NCBI GenBank assembly: GCA_044222185.1
Contig: JBGANV010000010.1
Location: 32,001 to 96,000 of the forward strand
From: Planctomycetota bacterium
GTDB lineage: Bacteria > Planctomycetota > GCA-002687715 > CAIWVZ01
DNA length: 64,000 nt
Reading direction: 5' to 3'
Both the position numbers and the translations under genes were made by a program. The notes under the pieces were generated by a model. That model was not told the origin of the DNA and ran no database searches. It worked only from the letters and a program-made list of their open reading frames with translations. Shown in pieces: positions 9,352 to 18,879 of this stretch (positions within the stretch are counted from its first letter, which is position 1; every line of letters starts with the position of its first letter).

Positions 9352-9692
9352 GGAGCGCCACGCTTCGCGTGGCTGGACCGCGAGGCGTCCCGCCTCGCGC
9401 GAGTGTGGAGGTGTGCGGACCGCGTGAGGAGTGCGCGGGTGTCGAGCGAGAGGTGGGGAGGGAATCCCCGGCAGGCCAGAGCCCTGCCAGCCTGCCGCGC
9501 TGGAGCCCGGCGTTCCGCGCGGCGAGGGGAGCGCCACGCTGCGCGTGGCCGGACCGCGAGGCGTCCCGCGTCGCGCGAGTGTGGAGGTGTGCGGACCGCG
9601 TGAGGAGTGCGCGGGTGTCGAGCGAGAGGTGGGGTGGGAATCCCTGGCAGGCCAGAGCCCTGCCAGCCTGCCGGGCCGGTGCCCGGCGTTCC
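9352..9692. repeat. Two tandem REP/REPIN-like units (period 176 bp)
   Basis: Units 9352-9516 and 9528-9692 are near-identical; each begins GGAGCGCC and ends GGCGTTCC, with internal hairpins; located between convergent genes. Confidence 0.9.
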
Positions 9693-9714
9693 GCGTTTTT
9701 CTTGAAGGGGGTGG

Positions 9715-11199
9715 CTATCGGATGAAATTCAGCAACGAGATGCTGTTCAGGCGGCTCGTCACGATCAATGACGCCTGATAGACCGCCTCTTGTTCCTTCA
9801 TGTTGATCATCACGTCGGCCAGATCGACGTCCTCGACGTTCGATCGGCGGCTGGCCAGATCGATCCTCATGTCGGCGAGGCTGTCAGAGAGGGAACTCAG
9901 CCGAGTGGACGTGCCGGCGGCTTGCGACGTCGCCGCGAGGACGAAGTCCTCGGCGTCCTCCAGATCGCCGAGGCGTTGCCTCGCCTGGCCAAGCGCGGCA
10001 TCGATCCGTGCCGCGGTCCCGGTCGTTCGCAGAGCATCGCGAATGGCGATCAGCGACGAGAACACGTCGAACGTGCCGGAGTAGCTCACGTCATCCGTGC
10101 CCGCCTGCGTGATGTTCCGCGAGTCGACGTGGGTGACGCTTCCGTCGATCGAGTTGATGATGCCTTGTCCGCCGGACGTGAAGTCGATCGGCGTCGTGGT
10201 GGTACCGCCGTCGAGCGAGAGCGTTCCGGTCGCCGTGAGCGTCACGGCGCCGGAGAACGCCGTCGTCGCGCCGGAGAAATCCAGGTAGACCTTCTGTCCG
10301 TTCGGGCCCGTGACCGCGAGGTTCGTGTCACCCGTCGTGAACGTGACGGCGGTGCCGCCGTCGAGCGTCACCGTTCCGCCGCCGCCCGCATTCACGGTCA
10401 ACGCCAGCGAGTGCCCGCTGCCCAGGATCGTGTCACCGGCCGCGCTCGACGCCCCGAGACGGAGCCCTGACGCGTGCGCGGACGTCGGACTCGACGGCGT
10501 CCCGAATGACGTCGTCGAATGAGCGACGAGCAATCTTGCGCGCCCCGTTCCCGAGTCGGTACCCGATCCGCGCGCGGCCCCGGTCGTACCTGAGAACGTC
10601 GTCGCTGCGCGGGTGCCCCCGCCGAGCAGGCGCGACCCGGGAATGTTCTGCGCCGTCTCGAGCGATGGCCCGACGCTCAGCGTGTTCTCCTGATCGTCGC
10701 CGTGATAGAGGACTCGCTCGAGCCCGTCGGCACCGATGCTCCGTACGAAAGGCGCCGTATCGGTCCGCGAACCCGCGAACAGGAAACGGTCATCGATCTT
10801 CGCGTTCGCCGCCGTGAGCATCTGCGAGATGAGGGAATCGAGCGCGTTGGCCGCGATCGCGCGGCCCGAGTCGTCGAGCGTCCCGTTCAACCCCGCGATC
10901 ACGTGCGCCTTCGCATCCTGGAACGCGGATGCGAACGATCCGAGCTCGCGCGACGTCGCATCGATGGACGTCTGGGCTTCGCTGATGTTCCCGCCGAACT
11001 GCTCCAGGTCGCGCTGGAGCCGTCGAATGCCCAACAGTCGCGCCGTGCCCGACGGATCGTCGGACGGGCGACTGATCCTCCGGTTGGAGGAAAGCTGCGA
11101 CTGGTAGTGGGAGAGGTCGCTGTAGTTGCGCTGCAGGTTCGACAGCGCATCGCGATAGGAGATATTCTGCGTGATGCGTGTGGTCGGCATGGTGATCAC
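9715..11199 (-). CDS. flgL: Hook-filament junction protein FlgL
   Basis: Flagellin-like termini (QLSSNRRISRPSDDPSG; EDVDLADVMINMKEQEAVYQASL...SLLNFIR); FLFAGSRTDTAPF; follows flgK. Confidence 0.95.
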   Translation of the reverse strand: MITMPTTRITQNISYRDALSNLQRNYSDLSHYQSQLSSNRRISRPSDDPSGTARLLGIRRLQRDLEQFGGNISEAQTSIDATSRELGSFASAFQDAKAHVIAGLNGTLDDSGRAIAANALDSLISQMLTAANAKIDDRFLFAGSRTDTAPFVRSIGADGLERVLYHGDDQENTLSVGPSLETAQNIPGSRLLGGGTRAATTFSGTTGAARGSGTDSGTGRARLLVAHSTTSFGTPSSPTSAHASGLRLGASSAAGDTILGSGHSLALTVNAGGGGTVTLDGGTAVTFTTGDTNLAVTGPNGQKVYLDFSGATTAFSGAVTLTATGTLSLDGGTTTTPIDFTSGGQGIINSIDGSVTHVDSRNITQAGTDDVSYSGTFDVFSSLIAIRDALRTTGTAARIDAALGQARQRLGDLEDAEDFVLAATSQAAGTSTRLSSLSDSLADMRIDLASRRSNVEDVDLADVMINMKEQEAVYQASLIVTSRLNSISLLNFIR

Positions 11200-13538
11200 C
11201 TCACGAGATTGACGAGCGTGTCACTGACCTCCGCCATCGTCTGGGCGAACCGTGCCGCGACCTCGAAGCTCTTCTGGTAGGCCTCCAGGTTCAGGAGCTC
11301 TTCGTCGATGTTCACGCCCGAAACTGATTGAAGTCGATTCTGCGCCTGATCCAGCAGAAGCTGCTGCGTATCGACAGTGGTCGACGCGCGTTGCGCGTTG
11401 AATCCGGTCTCCGAGATCAGCGCGTCGAGACGCTCCTGCACGGAGCGCTCTCCGAGATCCGACAGCCTCCGCGTCCGCGTTCCCACGAGCCGCGCGATGT
11501 TCGTCGAATCGCCGGCGCCGCCTCCGATGCCCGTCGCGAACAGGTTCGAGTTCGCGGAGATGTCGGCGTTGATGGCGATGTCGTTGGCATCGCTCCCGGA
11601 GAAGAACGAGTTCGTGCCCGTCGCGGTGAGCACACCGCTCGTGTCGCTGTCGGCGATGGCGTCGATCTGCAGGAACTCGTTGTTCGTGGAATGGACCATC
11701 CCCGCGCCCAGGCTGACGCGCACGCCATCCGCAATCTCGAGAGGTGTGCCCGGCGAGTAGCCCGAACCCACCGCCAGGTTGCCTACGAGGGTGCCGTCCG
11801 AATCGAAGACCTGCATCGTGAGCCCTGCGGTCTGCCCGATCACGCCCGTGGACGACGGCCGGAGCGTGAACGATCGGTCCAAGCCGCCCGAGAACGTGCC
11901 AGTGACGCGCACGTCGACGGCATTGTGCTGTCCCGTCTCCAGGGTCGTCGGCAGCTGGAGAGTCGCGGCGGGCGAGCCCGTTCCATCCGTCACCTGGAGC
12001 GTGCCGCTCGTTCCGCTGGTCGTGCTTCGGAGGACGAGTTTTCCGGCGACCACGGAGGCCTGCGCGCCCGAAATCTGTGCGTTGATCGCCGTCGCCACCT
12101 CACTCGCCGTGGCACGGGACGGGTCCGCGAACGCGGACGCGTTGAACGTGATCGTCTGCGCCGGGCCGCCATCCGTGCGGATGCTGAACTGCGAGCCCGA
12201 GGTGATCGAGAGGGGGAACGTCGAGTTGGCCACGAGCGTAGCCCGGTCGCTGCCCAACGAGCCGCCCGTGTTCGGGGTGGGATTCAGCCGTGCAGAGAAA
12301 TCGAACTCGTATCCCGTGTCGGCGCTGATGCGAAGTCGTCCGCGACCGTCGATCGAGGCCGTCAGGTTCGGGATGCCGGAGATCGCCGCCTGGAGATCTC
12401 CGACGGTCGTCGTCGCGGTGTCGATCGGGATCCGGATCTGCTCCGTCGTGTTCGTCGAGGTGTTTCGGACGTTCACCGTCAGGTTGCCGTCGTTGACTTC
12501 GAACGGCAGGCCCGCGGACGCGATCGACTCGTCGAGAACGCTCCCGCTCTCGTTGACGTCCTGGAACGCGTTCGTCGCCACGACCGTCGAGTATCCACCG
12601 GAGGGCGGCGTACCCGTCGCGTGAACGTGGTTCACCGCCTCGATCAGCTTGTGAGCGAGCTGATCGAGGATGTCGACGTGGTCCTGGCCGATGCTGGGCT
12701 CGAGCTGCATCAACCCGGCCAGTCGCCCCGCTCGCGGCTCGAAGGGCGTGGTCGATCGACCGGCTCGAAGCGCGACCGGCGCCGTCGTCGCGCCGCTCGA
12801 TTGCACCGCGATCGGATGCGCGGAGCTGGGATCCAGGAGTACCTGGCCACCGCTGGTGACGACGATCTGCCCCGTCGCCTGGCGATTGACGGCCACGTCC
12901 ACGGAACGCGAGAGCTCGAGGAGAAGCTGGTTCTGGCGATCCTGGACGTCGGACGGAACCTCCGCGCCGAAGCCGCTCGTGACGATCGTGCGGTTGACCT
13001 CGGCCAGGTTGTTCAGCAGCTGATTGACCTTGGACGTCTCCTGACGGATCGCGTCGCGCACGTCCGTGTGGATCCGAGACAGGTTGCCTCGGGACCCCCT
13101 GAATCCCTGAACGAGGGACTGTGCCTTCTGGATGACGGACGATCGCACGGCCGGATCGGAGGGCGACGATCGAAGCCCCTCGAGCGACGAGAAGAAATCG
13201 TCCATGAGGCTGCCGACGCCGCCGTTGCCGGGCTCGCCGAGGGCCGACTCCACGTCCGTGAAGATCTCGCTCTGGGCGGTCGCGAAGCCGAGCTCCTGCG
13301 ACTGCGATCGAACGCGCGCCGTGAGGAGTGAATCACTCACGGCGTCGATCGAGGCGAGGGTCACGCCGTTGCCGACGAGGAGATTGCTCCCGATGGGAGA
13401 CGGTGCGGAGGGCGAGAACAGGACGCGCTGGCGGGTGTAGCCAGGCGTGTTCGCATTGGCGATGTTGTGACCGATGGTCTGCAGCGCCACTCGCGCCGCC
13501 GAAAGGGCGGACAGGGCCGTGTTGAAGCCGAGGCTCAT
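11196..13538 (-). CDS. flgK: Hook-associated protein FlgK with a large central insertion
   Basis: GHNIANANTPGYTRQRV at the N terminus; SVSGVNIDEELLNL.AYQKSF..AAR at the C terminus; 780 aa. Confidence 0.96.
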   Translation of the reverse strand: MSLGFNTALSALSAARVALQTIGHNIANANTPGYTRQRVLFSPSAPSPIGSNLLVGNGVTLASIDAVSDSLLTARVRSQSQELGFATAQSEIFTDVESALGEPGNGGVGSLMDDFFSSLEGLRSSPSDPAVRSSVIQKAQSLVQGFRGSRGNLSRIHTDVRDAIRQETSKVNQLLNNLAEVNRTIVTSGFGAEVPSDVQDRQNQLLLELSRSVDVAVNRQATGQIVVTSGGQVLLDPSSAHPIAVQSSGATTAPVALRAGRSTTPFEPRAGRLAGLMQLEPSIGQDHVDILDQLAHKLIEAVNHVHATGTPPSGGYSTVVATNAFQDVNESGSVLDESIASAGLPFEVNDGNLTVNVRNTSTNTTEQIRIPIDTATTTVGDLQAAISGIPNLTASIDGRGRLRISADTGYEFDFSARLNPTPNTGGSLGSDRATLVANSTFPLSITSGSQFSIRTDGGPAQTITFNASAFADPSRATASEVATAINAQISGAQASVVAGKLVLRSTTSGTSGTLQVTDGTGSPAATLQLPTTLETGQHNAVDVRVTGTFSGGLDRSFTLRPSSTGVIGQTAGLTMQVFDSDGTLVGNLAVGSGYSPGTPLEIADGVRVSLGAGMVHSTNNEFLQIDAIADSDTSGVLTATGTNSFFSGSDANDIAINADISANSNLFATGIGGGAGDSTNIARLVGTRTRRLSDLGERSVQERLDALISETGFNAQRASTTVDTQQLLLDQAQNRLQSVSGVNIDEELLNLEAYQKSFEVAARFAQTMAEVSDTLVNLVR

Positions 13539-13539
13539 G

Positions 13540-14085
13540 TCAGATCTCCCGCGAGAACCGTGGTCCGACGCTCACCGGATCGACGGGCTTGCCGCCTGCG
13601 CCGTAGGAGCGGACTCGTGGCGAGCCGTCGCCGAACAGCACGTGCAGCAGGGCGCGGTTCGTATCGAGGGCGTGCCGGATGAGGACGTTGATGCGACGAT
13701 TGAGCCGTCCGACCTTCTGAAGGACGTCTCGCAGCCGTGACGTGTGAGTCGTGAGTTCGTCCCGATCCGCGTCGTCCGCATGCTCGATCACCGTCTGCAT
13801 CGTGACGAGATCAGGGGCAAGCCCGAGGCGGCGTCCGACGAGCGCCATGATCCGCAGGCGGCGTTGCGTGAGCTCTTCCATCTGCGCGAGGAGAGGCTCG
13901 GCCTCCGTGAGGAATTTCTGGAGCCCCGGCACGTCCTGTTTGACGATGAGTCGTTCCTTTTCCGTCATGCGGTCGAATGCGTGGGACTGTGCCGCCACCT
14001 CGTCCTGCAGGTACGAGCTCAGCTGCGCCGCATCGGCGCTCGTGAGTCGGACCGGCGCTTGCGCGGCGCTCGTGAATGGGTTCAT
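13540..14085 (-). CDS. flgN: Flagellar export chaperone FlgN
   Basis: Helical 181-aa protein (EKERLIVKQDVPGL...LNRRINVLIRHAL...SYGAGG) directly upstream of flgK. Confidence 0.8.
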   Translation of the reverse strand: MNPFTSAAQAPVRLTSADAAQLSSYLQDEVAAQSHAFDRMTEKERLIVKQDVPGLQKFLTEAEPLLAQMEELTQRRLRIMALVGRRLGLAPDLVTMQTVIEHADDADRDELTTHTSRLRDVLQKVGRLNRRINVLIRHALDTNRALLHVLFGDGSPRVRSYGAGGKPVDPVSVGPRFSREI

Positions 14086-14087
14086 CG

Positions 14088-14462
14088 TCAGGGCTCCGTT
14101 CCGGGCACATCGATCGGTGGCGTCGCCGGCTGTGCGTGGGCGAGCGGCTTGCTCGCTGCGCCTGCCATGTTGCGCGACACGAGGTCCTTCAAGCCGAAGC
14201 CGCCTTGACGGGCGATCTCGCGGCCGAGCGATTCCTCCAGCATGCCGCCGTAGACGTCCGAGCCCGGACCGCCCCCGAAGAACGACCCGTTGTCGAGAGT
14301 CTTCGACATCTCCTTGACGATCAGCGAGGCGAAGAGACCTTCCACTTCCTCCGCGGCCTTGGCGGCGGGGAGGTGCTTCAGGCGTTCCACGCCGCCACCC
14401 GGGGAGGCGAGGCCGTCGCTGATGCGCGCGGGCGTCACTGCGATCGATGTGTCGATCCTCAT
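14088..14462 (-). CDS. flgJ: Rod-binding protein FlgJ (N-terminal domain only, no muramidase)
   Basis: ATGA overlap with the flgI stop; AAEEVEGLFASLIVKEMSKT...FFGGG..SDVYGGMLEESLGREIA..GGFGL matches the rod-binding motif; 124 aa. Confidence 0.85.
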   Translation of the reverse strand: MRIDTSIAVTPARISDGLASPGGGVERLKHLPAAKAAEEVEGLFASLIVKEMSKTLDNGSFFGGGPGSDVYGGMLEESLGREIARQGGFGLKDLVSRNMAGAASKPLAHAQPATPPIDVPGTEP

Positions 14463-15559
14463 TGAACCTCCAGATCCACGACGAGTGCCCCGTTCGCCTT
14501 GAGCATTTGGAAGATGGTGATGAGCTCGCGCGGCGAGACGCCGAGGGTGTTCAGCGCACGCGCGAGTTCGCCTGCCGTGGTGACTCCCGGCAGAGCGCGC
14601 ATCTCGATGCCCTTCTCGGCGATCTTCACGTCGGAGCGGGGGACGACGGCCGTCCGGCCATCGCTCAGGGGATTGGGCTGGGAGACCTGCGGTGCCTCGG
14701 CGACCGACACGGAGAGGCTTCCCTGACTGATTGCGCAAGGGAGGATCGTCACGTTGTCGCCGGCGACGATCGTTCCGGTGCGTTCGCTGATGACGACCTT
14801 CGCCTTGGCGTCGACGGCGACGCGGATGTCGTTCAGGCTCGCGAGGAACGGCACGGGGTCATCCTTCGCGGCGGGCGGCGGGACGACCACGATGGTGACG
14901 CCGTCCACGGCCTTCGCCGCCTTGGGGAAGATGCGGTTGATCGCGTCCACGACGTTGCGTGCCGTGACGAACGACGAGTTCCGCAGGCGCATCCGGACGT
15001 TGCCTTCCTCCGTCAGGATCTTCTGGGGGATCTCGCGCTCGATGATCGCGCCACCGGGAATCCGGCCCACCGTCGGGTGGTTGATCTGCTCCTTCGTGCC
15101 CGATCCCCCCTGGGCGCCGGGCGCGCCGTTGAAGACGGGGCCGCTCGCGACCGCGTACATGTCGCGCCCGTTGGGTCCCATGAGCTGGGTCGGCAGGAGC
15201 TCGCCACCGAACAGGTTCGACGCCTCCCCGAAGGCGGAGACCGTGACGTCCACGCGGTCCCCGTTTCGCTTGAACGGCGCGACGGTCGCCGTCACGGTGA
15301 CGACCGCGAGGTTGCCGGATTTGATCTGCTCTGGCGAGATGTTGAGGTTCATGCGCCGGACGAGGTTCGACGCCATGGTCCGAGCCGCGGTGCCCGAATC
15401 GCCGGTGCCGTTCAGACCGGACACGAGCCCGAGACCGATGATGACGTTGTCGCGGACGCCGTCCAGCTCGGTGAGGTCGCCGAGCTTCGCCTGCGCGAAG
15501 GTGCGCGGCACGGCCAGCGCGACGACGAGCGACGTCAGAAGTAGCGTCTTTCCGTTCAC
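14459..15559 (-). CDS. flgI: Flagellar P-ring protein FlgI
   Basis: GTG start at 15559 with GGAG RBS; GVRDNVIIGLGLVSGLNGTGD; VVISERTGTIV; LNTLGVSPRELITIFQMLKANGAL. Confidence 0.96.
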   Translation of the reverse strand: MNGKTLLLTSLVVALAVPRTFAQAKLGDLTELDGVRDNVIIGLGLVSGLNGTGDSGTAARTMASNLVRRMNLNISPEQIKSGNLAVVTVTATVAPFKRNGDRVDVTVSAFGEASNLFGGELLPTQLMGPNGRDMYAVASGPVFNGAPGAQGGSGTKEQINHPTVGRIPGGAIIEREIPQKILTEEGNVRMRLRNSSFVTARNVVDAINRIFPKAAKAVDGVTIVVVPPPAAKDDPVPFLASLNDIRVAVDAKAKVVISERTGTIVAGDNVTILPCAISQGSLSVSVAEAPQVSQPNPLSDGRTAVVPRSDVKIAEKGIEMRALPGVTTAGELARALNTLGVSPRELITIFQMLKANGALVVDLEVQ

Positions 15560-15570
15560 GGCGGATCTCC

Positions 15571-16161
15571 TCAGAACGGCCAGATGAAGTCGAGCAATTC
15601 GCCGAGCCAGCCGCGATTGGTGTTGCTCGTCAGCGCACCCTGGCCTTCGTAGGCGACGGACGCGTTCGCGAGCTGCCACGAGTTGATGGCGTTGTCGGGC
15701 GTGATGTCGAAGGGGCGCACGATGCCCGTGATGCGCATGACCTTCGTCTCACGGTCGATCGTGACGGTGCGTTTGCCCTCGACGACGAGGTTGCCGTTGG
15801 GCTGCACGTCGATGACGACGACCGAGAGCCGAGTCTCGAAGCTGCCCTCCTTGTCGTACTTCGCCGAGCCCTTGAAGTCGCGTTGGTCGCTGCCTGCCAG
15901 GTGCGGAAGCGTGCTGAACGCATTCGGCATGATGTCGAAGTTCGTCAGCACCGCGTCCAGGCTCGCGTTGTTCTTGAGCTCCGTGTCTTCCTTGTTCTTG
16001 ACGGACTGCTTCTCCGCGATGACGACGGTGAGAACGTCACCGGTGTTGCGCGCGGTGGTGTCCGCGAAGAGCGAGGGGACGGGGCGATCCGTATTCCAAA
16101 GGGACTGAGCCGCGGCCGCGGCACAGATCACGAGGGGGATGACGAGGGCGTGGATTCTCAC
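15571..16161 (-). CDS. flgH: Flagellar L-ring protein FlgH
   Basis: GTG start overlapping the flgA stop; LFADTTARNTGDVLTVVIAE, VIDVQPNGNLVVEG, GIVRPFDI..DNAI.S..LANA, GWL..LLDFIWPF. Confidence 0.94.
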   Translation of the reverse strand: MRIHALVIPLVICAAAAAQSLWNTDRPVPSLFADTTARNTGDVLTVVIAEKQSVKNKEDTELKNNASLDAVLTNFDIMPNAFSTLPHLAGSDQRDFKGSAKYDKEGSFETRLSVVVIDVQPNGNLVVEGKRTVTIDRETKVMRITGIVRPFDITPDNAINSWQLANASVAYEGQGALTSNTNRGWLGELLDFIWPF

Positions 16162-17153
16162 GGGTTGACCTCCGGGGATTCGGCCGGTGCGCTGACGTCG
16201 ACGGTTCGTGAATCGACGACGGTCGCGTGGATGAGCTTGTTCGACGTGACGTTGGTGACGGGAATGCGCTCGCCGGGCGCACCGGCGGCCATGGTTCGTC
16301 CGAGGGCGGTCACGCGCAGCCCGCCGATGCGGATGCGGATCGTGACGGCGTCGCCGCGCTCGACGACGGGGCGGGCGCGAAAGTCGCGCGACGTGAGCGC
16401 CTGCCCCGCCGCCACGCGCCGCGCGAGGACCAGCCCCGCGGCCCGGTCTGGCGAATCGAGGGCGCCCATGCCGACCGTCGAGAGGTCCTGTTCGTTCGTC
16501 GTGATGTCGTCGGAGCGCAGCGTCTGGCCGGGCTGGAGATCGTGCGCGGCGACGAGGACGCGCCCGCGCCGGCACACGTCCATGACGAACGGCATCGCGC
16601 GGCGTTCCTGTCCGTCCGACAGGCACACGATCTCGAGGCGGACGACACCGCAGAGCGCACCCTGTTCCTTCGTGCGGACGAAGACGCGCGTCGACCAGCG
16701 TCCGGCGACGCAGAGGAATGGCTCGGGGAGGGGCGCGGCGCCGAACTTCGCATCGCTCGCCTTGTCTCCGAGAGACCGCGCGACGAACTGCCGTCCGAGG
16801 GACGCGACCTGCTCGCCGCTGAGCGAGATGGTCTTCAGGGAGACCTGCGTCGATTGCGCGCCGTCCCATTCGATCGTCGCGCGTCCGACGTCAGCCGCGC
16901 GGACCGCCTCGGTGAGCGAGTCGCGTGAGATCACCAACGTGCGGCCATTGGCGGGCAGATCCAACAGGCGGATGTTGCGGATCGCCACCGCCGCCTTGGC
17001 GTCGACGCCGTCCACCTGGGCGACGTCTCCCAGGTTCAGCTCCAGCCCGGCCGCCTCGGCCTTGGCCTGCTGGCGGATCCAAACGAGCGCGGGCGCATCC
17101 TGCGCGCTGCCGAGCGAGGCGATCACGAACGCTGCGAAGAGGAGTCGGCTCAT
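16158..17153 (-). CDS. flgA: P-ring formation chaperone FlgA
   Basis: Signal peptide; SAF-like VLVAAHDLQPGQTL; VVERGDAVTI.....GLRVTALGR.M..GAPGERI.V.N..S.K. Confidence 0.9.
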   Translation of the reverse strand: MSRLLFAAFVIASLGSAQDAPALVWIRQQAKAEAAGLELNLGDVAQVDGVDAKAAVAIRNIRLLDLPANGRTLVISRDSLTEAVRAADVGRATIEWDGAQSTQVSLKTISLSGEQVASLGRQFVARSLGDKASDAKFGAAPLPEPFLCVAGRWSTRVFVRTKEQGALCGVVRLEIVCLSDGQERRAMPFVMDVCRRGRVLVAAHDLQPGQTLRSDDITTNEQDLSTVGMGALDSPDRAAGLVLARRVAAGQALTSRDFRARPVVERGDAVTIRIRIGGLRVTALGRTMAAGAPGERIPVTNVTSNKLIHATVVDSRTVDVSAPAESPEVNP

Positions 17154-17163
17154 TTCGTCTGGC

Positions 17164-17943
17164 TCACCGTGCGATCTGGTTGACGGTCGCGAGCATCTGG
17201 TCGCTCGTGTTGATGGCCTTGCTGTTCACCTCGTAGGCGCGCTGCGCCAGGATGAGGTTGATCAACTCGGTGGCGATGTCGACGTTCGAGCGCTCGATGT
17301 TGCCTTGGACGATCGTGCCCGCGCCGGATTCGCCCGGCGCGGCGGTCGTCGGTGTCCCCGATGCGGGTGTCTCACGGAACGTGTTGCCGCCCTCCGATGC
17401 GAGGCCGGCCGGGTTCGTGAACGTCACGAGGCTGATCTGGCCCAGCGACGAGATCGTGTCGCCGACTCGGGCCGTCACGGTGCCGTCGGTGGAGATCGTC
17501 ACCTGGGCGCCGGTGGGGATGGGCGAGATGGCCGGCGTGAGTTTGAGGCCGCGAGCGTTCACGAGATTGCCGTCCTTGTCCGGCATGAATCCGCCGTCGC
17601 GGGTGAAGAGACGCGCGCCGCCCGGGCCGGCCAGTTCGAAGAAGCCCTCGCCGGAAATGGCCATGTCGAGCGAGTTGCCCGTCTGCACGGGGTTGCCGGC
17701 CGTGAAGTTCTTCACCGTCGCGACCAGCTGCGTGCCTGACCCGAGCTGGACGCCAGCGATCGTGCTGCTGTCCTTGTTGGCCGCGCCCGGATTCGACGGG
17801 TTGACGTAGAGGAGGTCCTCGAAGCGCGCGTCGGACCGCTTGAAGCCCGACGTGTTGACGTTCGCCAGGTTGTTGGCGATGACGTCCACCTGGCTTTGCT
17901 GCGAGCGCATGCCGGTCGCAGCCGTGTACAGAGCTCTGAACAT
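17164..17943 (-). CDS. flgG: Distal rod protein FlgG
   Basis: Starts MFRALYTAATGMRSQQSQVDVIANNLANVNTSGFKR (ATG 17943); ends ERSNVDIATELINLILAQRAYEVNSKAI.TSDQML. Confidence 0.96.
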   Translation of the reverse strand: MFRALYTAATGMRSQQSQVDVIANNLANVNTSGFKRSDARFEDLLYVNPSNPGAANKDSSTIAGVQLGSGTQLVATVKNFTAGNPVQTGNSLDMAISGEGFFELAGPGGARLFTRDGGFMPDKDGNLVNARGLKLTPAISPIPTGAQVTISTDGTVTARVGDTISSLGQISLVTFTNPAGLASEGGNTFRETPASGTPTTAAPGESGAGTIVQGNIERSNVDIATELINLILAQRAYEVNSKAINTSDQMLATVNQIAR

Positions 17944-17960
17944 GGATTTCCTCTTCTGCT

Positions 17961-18665
17961 TCAGCCGCGGAGGCGTTGTTGGATGGAGTCGGCGATGGTC
18001 TGCATGGCGCGGCTCGCCGTGTCGTAGCCGCGGTGGATGGAGATCATCTCCACGAGGCCGGTGACGGCGTCGTGGTTCGGATACTCGAGGTGGCCGGGGA
18101 GGATCTTCGGGGCGACGACCGCCTTCGGGCCCGCACCCGACGGCGCGCGGAACATGGTGTCCGACACCGCGACGAGTTGATCCTTCTTGTCGAAGTCGGT
18201 GATGCGCAGCTTGCCGACGGCGGAGCCGTTCTGCATCACCGCGCCCGAGGCGTCGATCGTCACCTTGCCGTCTTTTGGCGATGCGACGATGGGGCCCTGT
18301 TCGCCCAGCACCGCATACCCGGCGCGTGTCGTCAGTTGACCCGCGGCGTCGAGGGTGAAGTCGCCGTTGCGCGTGAACGCCTCGCCGCCCGGCGTATCGA
18401 CGCTGAAGAACCCGTCCCCCGCGATGGCCGACGAAAGCGGGTTGCCGTCGTCGCCGACGAAGATGCCCTGCGAGAAGTCCACGACCGCTTCGTTGCGCGT
18501 GGGCTTCACGCGGCCCGAGTTCATCGCCTCGTCGAACGATTTCGCCGACGGCGAGCGCGTCTTGTACCCGGGCGTATGAGCGTGCGCGAGGTTGGCCGTG
18601 GAGTAGTCGAGCCGCTGCTCGAGAATCTTCATCGCGGCCGCAGTGTGGAGCATTCCTCGGTTCAT
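17961..18665 (-). CDS. flgF: Proximal rod protein FlgF
   Basis: MNRGMLHTAAAM...TANLAHAHTPGYK; AIAGDGFFSVDT...FTRNGDF; upstream of flgG. Confidence 0.88.
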   Translation of the reverse strand: MNRGMLHTAAAMKILEQRLDYSTANLAHAHTPGYKTRSPSAKSFDEAMNSGRVKPTRNEAVVDFSQGIFVGDDGNPLSSAIAGDGFFSVDTPGGEAFTRNGDFTLDAAGQLTTRAGYAVLGEQGPIVASPKDGKVTIDASGAVMQNGSAVGKLRITDFDKKDQLVAVSDTMFRAPSGAGPKAVVAPKILPGHLEYPNHDAVTGLVEMISIHRGYDTASRAMQTIADSIQQRLRG

Positions 18666-18707
18666 GGGTGATCTCTCCGTTCGGAGTTCTTGCGTCCACC
18701 CGCCATT

Positions 18708-18723
18708 CGCAACTTCGAGGCCG
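18708..18723 (-). promoter_or_regulatory. Putative sigma54 (-24/-12) promoter for the flgF-flgL operon
   Basis: Minus strand CGGCCTCGAAGTTGCG = GG-N10-GC with TTGC at -12; about 43 nt upstream of the flgF ATG. Confidence 0.6.
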
Positions 18724-18879
18724 TGTCCCCTCAAGCGTCTCTCGCGAGATCCGACACTGATGGAATGTGGGCGGAAACTCCGCCCGTTCTCAGCGCGCCG
18801 TCGCGATTCGCGACACTCGCCGCGCGCCCCTCACCGCCGGAAGGGTTTTCGGGGTCGGAGGAAGAGTTTTCCCTACCGC

